Source: Halocafeteria seosinensis (Eukaryota). Taken from it: a stretch of 55,654 nt of DNA. Below are positions 47,430 through 55,654 of the stretch, piece by piece; position 1 is the stretch's first letter; every line of letters starts with the position of its first letter. The translations under genes and the position numbers were made by a program. The stretch is from assembly GCA_001687465.1 (NCBI GenBank), contig LVLI01000414.1, positions 1 to 55,654 of the forward strand. The letters run 5' to 3'. A model generated the notes under the pieces. It had not been told where the DNA came from and searched no databases. It saw only the letters and a program-made list of their open reading frames with translations.

Positions 47430-48761
47430 TTATCGTTTGGCACCTTCAATAAGCCGGTCGATGCCTTGTTCTTCGTAATCGGCTTTCTTCATCCAGAATT
47501 TGTCGTTCTCCGCGAAGATATCCCCAAGTAGGGCAGCGCCCATGTACACTAGATGTTTCCGCCGAGGAGGGTCCTCGATTCGCAGCTTGAACTTGGTGAG
47601 CCGGTTTTCATCACCCTTGAGCACCTCTTTTAGGTAGCGGTTTTGGATATCATGCTCCAAGCGCGACGGTAGTCCCGGGTACATAGTACTACCCCCTGAG
47701 AGTACAATACTGCGATAGAACGCGGTGCGCAGATCAATATCGGCACTTTGTATAACGTCGAATACCAAGTCCGATATGCCAGGGGATTCGCAATCTATTA
47801 GAGATGGTTGAAAGAGAGCTTCTGACGCCTCGTATCGTTCTCGGCCGATCTTGATCGTCCTTCCATCTGGTAATGTATAATTCTTCACTAATACGGTTGT
47901 CTCTTGGGCTAGTTTGCGTTCTTCCGCTGGATCCCTCGCCACGTAACACATTTTTTCTTTAAGCTCTTGAATTGTTTGGAAATCCGCTGTCCTGTTGAAT
48001 GCGTAGCCTCGGAGGAGCAACAGTTTAATGAGATATCTAGTCAAGTGCCTTCCCGCTACATTCAATCGCTTAGTAAGGTTCTCTGGGACATAGCCATCAT
48101 ATACGCAAACAACGTGTGTTACACCGTCTCCTGAGTCTACTACTACCCCGGTCGTCAAACCTGCAAGGACGCCCACGAAATCTCGATTACATTACATCAA
48201 TCTACCGAGCAGACCAGAAATTCGTACCCTGAGCATATAAAGTCAGCATAGCTTGTATTGACACATGCACGGAGTCAAATTCGTATTTTTCAAACATTGT
48301 TTGCACCATTCTTGATCTGTTTTCTTTGCGGTTCAAGGGAGCTTCCGTGAGTAAAATGTTTTTGCCTCTGGTTTCCACTTGCAACTTATCGTGGAATGTA
48401 TAATTCCACAGGTATTCCATGTCCTCCCAGTTAGTGACCACTCCATTCTCGATTGGATATTGAATTTCCAATGCCTGTCTAGCAGCGGCAGCTTCATCTC
48501 CCACCATGATATCTTTGATGGGGATATCCCCAATGACATCTTCTTCCGCTCGTAAGACAGGGCGTCCAACCATCGAAGGGAACACATGCCGAGGGATATT
48601 TTCACCGGCGAAACCACATTTGACAAACTGTAAGTTTTCAAAGACACCATGAAACCAAAAAGGAAATGAATAAAGAGGGCTTTGCGCTTTGTAAAAGACA
48701 GTTCAAGAAAGCTTACCCCGGTGCCATTGTCGCAGACAATGGTATCTCCTGCTACTGCCAT
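47430..48761 (-). CDS. ARP2: Actin-related protein 2
   Basis: [34 protein letters not shown]. Two introns. Confidence 0.96.
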
Positions 48762-49149
48762 ACTCCCCTAATCCAAGAGACACAATCCCTAAGAGAAAAG
48801 CTCAGTCAGTGCAAACGACAAAAGGAATATCATAATTACTATCCATGATCTTCATTAAACTGTATGCAATGCATGCCGATGCCGAGGTATCAAGTTTGTT
48901 TTGTTTTGATAAGTCGAAGCAATGTTTGCTCTTTTGGCCCAAAGTTTTTGGGGCGTCCTACTTCAAGTTGGGGTCAAGACTCTGTTGATAGGCTTATGGA
49001 GCATTATCGTGATGTAAGAGTGGGAGCTTATGCACTATCTGATTGCTAATTGTATACGGAAGTAGGTGAACGAAGGGTCTTGTATACCTCTGCACGGTAT
49101 CGACGCATTTATAGCCTGGTTGGAGGGCAGAAATCACGCTGGATGAAAT

Positions 49150-51444
49150 ATGGCTCAACCCGCACGACGCAATGTGTCGTTTGGAGCTGATGAGGAGGAG
49201 GAGTACGACTTGAACAACAACTCGGGATTTGTAAGCCATCAATCCGTGGCATTTTCACCGCAACGAGGCCAGGACTACCAGCGAATCACTTCGTCCACCT
49301 GGCCGACTGTCAATGGCAACATATTGCCTGTGAAACGGAAAGCAGTTGATTACTCTGAAGATTCCGATATTTGCGGCACATTGGGAAAAGTGGGAAAATG
49401 GAGAGGCAAGCCTGCACGCTACTTTGTTGTCAAACCGGCGACAGTGCTCCTCTATTATAAGGACAAGGAGGACATGGAACCGGAAGGGTGTGTTATTGTG
49501 GATGACATGAGAGCGACATCGGCCTACGACGACGAAGCAGAGTGTACGTTTCCACAGTCAAAAAGTTTGTAGCGAAAGGCGATGGTCACTAAATATGTTT
49601 TTGCTGATGTGTTTGCAGCTGGGAAATCTGAAGGATCCCGAAAGGAGCAGCGCCAAGCCCATAAGAAGAAATCCACGATTGTGCTCTCACCAGCTCTTGT
49701 TTCCCAAAAGCAAGTTGAGGAAGATGACGAAGAGAAGTCCCAAACAAAAAAAGTTAAAAAGTTTGTCCTCCGGGCACAGGACGAGCAAACGGCAGAAAAA
49801 TGGATCGGAGCGTTTAATGCTGCGGTAGGGCAAAAGCGCCGGAGAAGGCGCTCTTCCATGAAGAAGAGCGGTGGTTTATCCCGATTCGGAAAGGCTGTGC
49901 AGGAGAAGATGCACCAAATGAAGAAACAAAAGGCTGGACTAGGTGGTTTAGGAGGGGATGTGTCAGACGAGAAGTACAACAAGTTGCTTTCCAAGTACAA
50001 AGAGTTAGTTGGATCCTATAAAGAACTAGCGCTACAGCAATCGAAACTGATTAAAGTTGTGAAGGTGACAAAAATATTGAAAGATGTCATGTGGGAGGCC
50101 AACTCGGCTATGCGGTCAATTTTTCGGGAGCTCGGTGTTCCCCTATCGTCGATAGACGAGGACAGAGTACACATATTGCGCCAAATCTTGCCGCAGGATC
50201 TTGCGATGAAGTGCACGGAGTTGATCTCGTCTTGCCAATACTTGCGCCGTCTTCTTGGTGATAAGCAGTTTATAAGACATTTTATACAGCGATATATGAC
50301 GAAAGTGGCCGACGACGATACAACAGGAGTCATACCATCTAGTGGGTCTCTGCACTTCACGCGCTTTCTTTCCCACCTCATTTTGGGAGACGGGTATCAA
50401 GAGGACAGTTTGGTTGATCTCGCAAAAGAGGTCGTCGACAATCCAACCGTTGCAAAAGATATGCGTGCCTCAGTCCAGTCTATCCTTGCATCGTGGGCTG
50501 CTTTATTCCCGTCATCTGCGGGATCATTGTTACGATCCTTGGGCGATTCAGTGGACGTATGGGATTATGCATCTGTTACTGGTAAAGACGAAGAATATGA
50601 ATTAAGTCACTCCGTGCTGCATGCCTCATCTAAGCAGCATAACCAGCTGGAGAAAGACTCCCAGTTCTACAAAAAAGTTCTTGAATACAGAAAGAGCAGT
50701 AGTCGGAGAGAAGGCTACGAACCTATGAACTCCAGTGGTGTAGCCGCACAAAATCTCGTATCAGCGTTTGCAACGGCGGTATTACTGCATGATGAGCACC
50801 CCGACTATCCCCTGGAGACTGCATTACGGGATTATCTCGCGCTTTATGATCCTGCCAAAGTTCGCAAGGTTCCTCGTATACTGGAACACTTCGAGCATGA
50901 CGAAACAAAGCTAGTTGCCCACTTAGAAAGGAAATACCGCAGACCTTTTCGTGTTCCGTATCTGCCCCTGTCGAGACTGCCGTTTGCTCCCGGAGTACTA
51001 CTCCGTCCGCATTGGAGTGCTCATCATTGGGCCCAGTTCAACGATCTATATCAAGGTGACCCAGACAATTTCGAAAAGGAAGGCAGTCTCGATGATGAAG
51101 AGGATGATGACGATGATGAATCAGTTACACTTGATTTCGGAGACGGTGTACGACTTGATTTGGACCTCACCCACGAGGACCAAGATAGCAGTCTCGACTC
51201 GGCCAAAGTTGACACAGTTCCAGGGGTCCCAAACTATGGAGACCAGGAAGAATGGGTTCCCAACGATTCCGTCAATCGTTGCTCTGTATGTTGTCAGGAA
51301 TTCTCTGTGTCGTCGCGAAAGCATCATTGCAGAGCATGCGGAAGGGTGGTTTGTCATGATTGTAGTAAGCACGAAGTTCCTCTGCCAGAGTTCGGCTACT
51401 GGCATAAAGTGCGTCAGTGCGATGACTGCGTCAAGCTTTTATAA
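49150..51444 (+). CDS. PH-domain + C-terminal FYVE-domain protein
   Basis: PH: GTLGKVGKW...RYFVV...LLYYK...FVLRA..EQTAEKWIGA. FYVE: WVPND...RKHHCRACGRVVC..CS...VRQCDDC. One intron (~49544-49618). Confidence 0.88.
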
Positions 51445-51586
51445 GACCAAATAATGAAATATAAACCTAAAAAAATATCATACAAAAGATAGTCGTGCTG
51501 CGCTTAGTTTATTGTACAGTACAAGTTTTCGCGCTGGAATGGTAGTCGATGGTTTTTCCCCTTGTCTAACAAGCACAAAATGATAT

Positions 51587-52787
51587 CTAAAGCATTCTAC
51601 GAACCAATTTATTGATCTCATGCTCGCGTAATCCAGCGTCACCGCCTTCGTTGTAGTGCAATAATTTTCTGTTAAACCCTCCGTTAGGCGAAGAAAGCTT
51701 GAATGGCCACAGGAAGTTGTTGGCTTCCTTGAATGCCGGGCCAACGGTGTACAGTTCGTGGATAAGATCCTCGATACAAATTATATCCTTATGGCCCAAA
51801 GCATTCTCGATCACGCTGTTGTCGGTAATAGGGACACGCTGTTTCCTCACTTTTGCGTAACCACGCTTATACACGAGTTCCTTTACAGTTTTCAAACTAG
51901 GATAACCCCAAGCAATGTAAGGTACAATCAGCTGGAGCATTTGCAACGTAGCCTTGTTCAGACGGACCAAGACAGCATTGTTGACCTGACGAAGACGGAG
52001 GAGCTGGAGAATTTTGCGGACCTTGGGAGATACGCCCAAGATACCTTTGATGCGTACAACGAGCGCAAGCTTCGCTTCGGGCTCCACGTAAAAGTTGCCG
52101 GTCTTCTTGGCCATGCGTCTCATGTTGACCAAAGAGCGCTCGGCCTGCCTGTACTCTCGTACATAGCGCTCGGCGCGCTTAAACATTTCACCGCGCTTGG
52201 CTTTGTTCTTCTGCAGCAGAAAGATATTCAATGCATGTGTTTCTCGCGATTCAAAGTAAAAGCTTATTATTTTGCTTTGGTCGTACCTTCTTCATCTCCT
52301 CCTTGACAGCAGCCTGCTTCTGGCGGCGTTCCTCATTGGCCTTGCGCTTCTTGAGAACGCTTGCAGGGACATGACTGCAAAGCGAAACACAAAATATAAA
52401 GAAAATCGAAACACATATGGATCAAACACCGCCTCTTGTAACCCAGACAGACAGTAGAAGGCCTAACATCGCGGCCTCTCTCTCTCTGGATAAGGTCTCG
52501 TATACAGGGCTTAAAGTCCCATCAAAGCTCGGATTATCCCCTTGCAGACACTATGTGAGAAACCCTCAATGCACAATGTATAGTTAACCATATATACCAT
52601 CTGAGTAGTCATATATCTCGAGGAAAACATGGCAGAGGACCTCCGGCCCCAAGAAAATACAAAAAAGGGCGAGGAAAACTGCAAAGGGGGCACTTAGGGG
52701 AAGCATCGCTACGGGGACGCCTCAAGGCACAGACACCTACGTTGCCTTCTTGTCCAACTCGGATAGTGTCAGAATATTAGAGCTCAT
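51587..52787 (-). CDS. RPL7: 60S ribosomal protein L7 (uL30)
   Basis: [27 protein letters not shown]...|KNKAKR..FKRAE.YVREY...LQLLRLRQ...NFLWPFKLS. Introns 52375-52740 and 52211-52286. Confidence 0.96.
52434..52545 (-). ncRNA. Candidate intronic H/ACA snoRNA in RPL7 intron 1
   Basis: Hairpin, then ATACGA (ANANNA, 52503-52498), then hairpin CCAGA...GAGGCC/GGCCTT...TCTGG, then ACA, inside an unusually long (366-nt) intron. Confidence 0.4.
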
Positions 52788-52843
52788 TTTGCTTTCTTTG
52801 CGTTGTCACTGGACCAAATAACCAGGGAGATCCTGTGAATACC

Positions 52844-52853
52844 TATATATAAA
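52844..52853. promoter_or_regulatory. TATA box (TATATATAAA), probably serving RPL7, possibly bidirectional
   Basis: Lies ~57 nt upstream of the RPL7 ATG and ~30 nt upstream of the structured element on the + strand. Confidence 0.5.
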
Positions 52854-52882
52854 GCGCAGCACGATTGCTGAGCACAAAACCA

Positions 52883-53079
52883 TCGACATCAAGGGGGTGG
52901 GTGCTTCCTCCCACCCTGGTGCGCACTCCGGGCGCTCAGCCCGGTCTAACTTCAACCACCTGTGCTGAAGGCAGCCTGAAGCATTGCAGAAGCATGATGA
53001 GACACCACAGACTGAGACATGTTTTCTGCTTGTGTGGATTAAGCGCCGGAACGACCGGAGACTCGGTGGGTGATGTCGA
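52883..53079. other. Rod-like structured non-coding element (ncRNA or MITE-like)
   Basis: Nested pairings TCGACATCA/TGATGTCGA, CCCACC/GGTGGG, CTCCGG/CCGGAG, GCGCT/AGCGC and GCAGAAGCATG/CATGTTTTCTGC. Confidence 0.5.
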
Positions 53080-53154
53080 ACGGTCCCAGAGACTCTCAGT
53101 TCTGTCGCTTTAAGGAAGGGAGGCCGTAAACCAGATTAGAGATTCTTGTATTCG

Positions 53155-54110
53155 TTTTATTTTTCCGTCGATATAGCTCGTGACAATGAGTGTCGGTCCC
53201 CTGTTACGCTTGCTTATCAACAACGGGCGCTCATCCTACTACCACCTTTGCTGTTTCTGCGTCAGAAGTTACAGAAGATGCGGTGGTAAAACCCAGGGCT
53301 TTTATGAACACGCGAGGTTGCTGAAGCCCTTCGTGCCGCCGTGTAACCTGCGCTGAATTTCTCAATCTCTGCGGTGGGTGATATATCTGATAATGCTTCT
53401 CCGATCTATATCCGTGGATATCCACAGCTGTGGAAGGTAAGGAGGAAAACTCGGGTTGTGGAATTCTACAGATGGTGCTGAGGAAGACTCATGAGTCAAG
53501 ACCCAAGTTGTCGTCTGATATCCTACATGATTCCCCTGAATGAGGCGGCGACCAAACTCTCATGGAAGGACGGTAGCACTCCAAGGACTTAAAAAACAAG
53601 ACCGCGCTCACCCATTCCAACCAGGGCCGGAAAACATACCGGCACGAAACGTAAACCTGGGTGGTCACAGGCATAGGCCTCCTCCCACCGTAGATGTCTC
53701 AGTCTGGGCCAAACCATGACCCCGATGGTCGGAAACGTATACGTCAAGGAGCTTTTGCCCCTGAGCATCTAACATCACAAGATCTCCTCTATGACTCCCG
53801 GAAACACGAGGCTTCCAATCAACGTGGAAGCTCCATTCTGAAAGGGACCCAAGCATAATATCTCGCAACATATTGTGCCGGGAATTACGGAAGTCCCCAA
53901 TGCTTACCATAATCTTGCCCATCTGAAACTTCATCGCGAAGAAGGCAAGACTGACGGCTGCTTGGCACGGAGAGTGCCAAATCGTATAGGTAACGTTCTT
54001 CAGACATGGCGAGTACTTTGTAATGAGACAGAGTAAGGCCAGGGAACTGGCGATGGCACTCGGGTCGTACGTAGAACAGCCCCAGGGAAAGAAATTGGAC
54101 GTTGTCATCC
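53155..54110 (-). mobile_element. Decayed 3' fragment of an RLE-encoding non-LTR retrotransposon (CRE/R2-group-like)
   Basis: RHNMLRD...KPRV...RGDLV...LLDVYV, then after a frameshift GLRFVPVCFPALVGMG and LVAASFRG with in-frame stops. A-rich end AAAAATAAAA at 53164-53155. Confidence 0.55.
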
Positions 54111-54353
54111 TGGGCGACTCGAAACCAGGCTCTCGGAAAGGTGGGCTGTGGTGATGTGTGATGTGAAGCTCCGACCTGTGCTGCAGGCTGTGTACAGGCT
54201 GTGCAGACTTTTTGAGTCAGATACCGTCATGTACTCCTACTGTGGCCAGAGTAAGCCTGGTCCATGAAACCAGCGAATATAACGAGTTGGCTGGCTAGTT
54301 GTATATTAGGTTATGGACGTCCAGAGAAACTTTACTTTCTTTGATCCTGAAGT

Positions 54354-54475
54354 GGCTAAACGCCTTAATCATCAGGTTGACCCACCCGCACCACCCGCCA
54401 AGCCTGGGCGGGACCCGCACACAGCATTGATGGGCGCGTATTGCTTCAGTATACCTTATTGAATATGTTTTATAA
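54354..54475 (+). repeat. 122-bp direct repeat, copy 1
   Basis: Identical base for base to 55098-55219. Confidence 0.95.
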
Positions 54476-54935
54476 CGTACCTTCCCGCGGGGGCGCGTGA
54501 AGGGGGTCCCGATGAAGGGTTTATTGCTAGAAACTTTGTTTGGGAAGTGGGTTTGATGTGAACTCTACCGGAGTAAGACGTGCTGTGTGATCAGTGACGC
54601 TACGCGACTACAGACACGTTGCAGTGGGATCTGTTTCTTGTGGACATTGTGTTACTACACCACACACATCCGGTCCAGCTCAGCCTTCGCGCTCCCTCAA
54701 ATCCACCGTTAGGGTGGGTACGTACCATGTTCACTCGGAGACCAAACAATTTATATTATACAATCCAGGAGTCTCCTCACCCAGTGGGGCTGTGTTCGTA
54801 CAACAGACAAATGCAACATATATTCATTTCCATGTTCTGTTTCCTTGCTATCCTTCATCAAGTTTGGCATCCGTAAGCTGACGAGTTCTTAACTCCTGGT
54901 TTGCTTTTTTGCCTAAGTGCCACCAAAACTCAACT

Positions 54936-55065
54936 GCCCTCCTCCCCTTGCTTCTCCCCTTGCTATGTTTTTTGTAGTTTGCTTGTTAACATCCTTATTT
55001 TGCCTGGCCTCCCCTTGCCCCCTTCGTGTTCCTCTTGCCATGCTTTTTGTAGTTTGTTGGGTAAC
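54936..55065 (+). repeat. Imperfect ~77-bp tandem duplication, pyrimidine-rich
   Basis: ccccttgctatgttttttgtagtttgcttgttaac versus cctcttgccatgctttttgtagtttgttgggtaac. Confidence 0.7.
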
Positions 55066-55097
55066 CGGACAATCTTTTTTTTTTTGACCACCACCAC

Positions 55098-55219
55098 GGC
55101 TAAACGCCTTAATCATCAGGTTGACCCACCCGCACCACCCGCCAAGCCTGGGCGGGACCCGCACACAGCATTGATGGGCGCGTATTGCTTCAGTATACCT
55201 TATTGAATATGTTTTATAA
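55098..55219 (+). repeat. 122-bp direct repeat, copy 2
   Basis: Identical base for base to 54354-54475. Confidence 0.95.
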
Positions 55220-55288
55220 TGCTAATTATGTTTGCTTGTAAAATGAATTGCTGGAGCATGTCGTATGAAGTATGCTGCATGGGGGGTT

Positions 55289-55562
55289 CATCACCTTGAC
55301 CCCGCCGCGGCCTGAGGAACATCACCTTGACCCAACCTCGTTACCATGGGTGCACTATCTGCTACTCAAATACATTGGATGACAGTACGAGGCCTCGAAT
55401 GACTTTGTCCAAAGAGCGTGAATATTAATGCAAAGCGGCATTTCGGAGCATGACCCCAGAGGTAGCGCTTGACCCCAGGCGGACCATGTTGACCGCCAAA
55501 TTGCACTCCAATAATCATCAGGTTGACCCAGCCAGACGACCGGGACAGCATCACCTTGACCC
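55289..55562 (+). repeat. Cluster of CATCA(GG/CC)TTGACCC 14-mers
   Basis: Copies at 55289, 55320, 55516 and 55549, also at 54370 and 55114. Partial TTGACC at ~55469 and ~55489. Confidence 0.85.
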
Positions 55563-55654
55563 AGCCTGTTTTGGCACGGAGGGAATTTCTCCGAGTGAGA
55601 CACATTGGATCTTAGTATGAGGGTTCCAATGGGCTTGTGTAAGCGGTGTAAGTA

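Noticed and set aside
38032..51444. Neighbourhood of membrane-traffic genes (Sec7, PX kinase, ARP2, PH-FYVE) as a functional cluster
   Set aside because: They are interspersed with unrelated genes on both strands; likely chance without synteny data.
54354..55562. CRISPR array or canonical LTR element
   Set aside because: Eukaryotic context, irregular spacing, no cas genes, and no TG...CA termini, PBS or PPT.

Overview
Gene-dense eukaryotic nuclear DNA in the standard genetic code, with many short spliceosomal introns (mostly 58-78 nt, GT-AG). The AGC kinase, ARP2 and PH-FYVE sequences suggest a heterotrophic protist, most plausibly a stramenopile; this is inference, not a search result. About 21 protein-coding genes were reconstructed by manual splicing. 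In order: a CEP192/SPD-2-like repeat protein, a triple-chromodomain protein, a PPIE-type RRM protein, a FANCJ/RTEL1-like helicase, PAM16, a secreted PLOD-type glycosyltransferase fusion, a hypothetical protein, an ABCG transporter, glycogen debranching enzyme, a membrane-anchored GH63/MGH-like protein, a CIA30 protein, DNAJC2/zuotin, an HCN-like channel, an F-box-Sec7 protein, a cyclin E-like protein, a PX-AGC kinase, a DTW protein with a C-terminal F-box-like tail, an LYR protein, ARP2, a PH-FYVE protein and RPL7. Both ends of the window are non-genic and look accessory. The left end holds a folded element enclosing a telomere-template-like AACCCTAACC. The right end holds a rod-like structured element, a decayed RLE-type non-LTR retrotransposon, a perfect 122-bp direct repeat and a reiterated 14-mer. 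The best leads are these two structured non-coding elements, the DTW-F-box fusion, the HCN-like channel with altered filter and nucleotide pocket, the snoRNA/poison-splice candidate in RPL7 intron 1, and intron fragments apparently exonised by tandem duplication. All family assignments come from motif recognition by eye; no database search was run.
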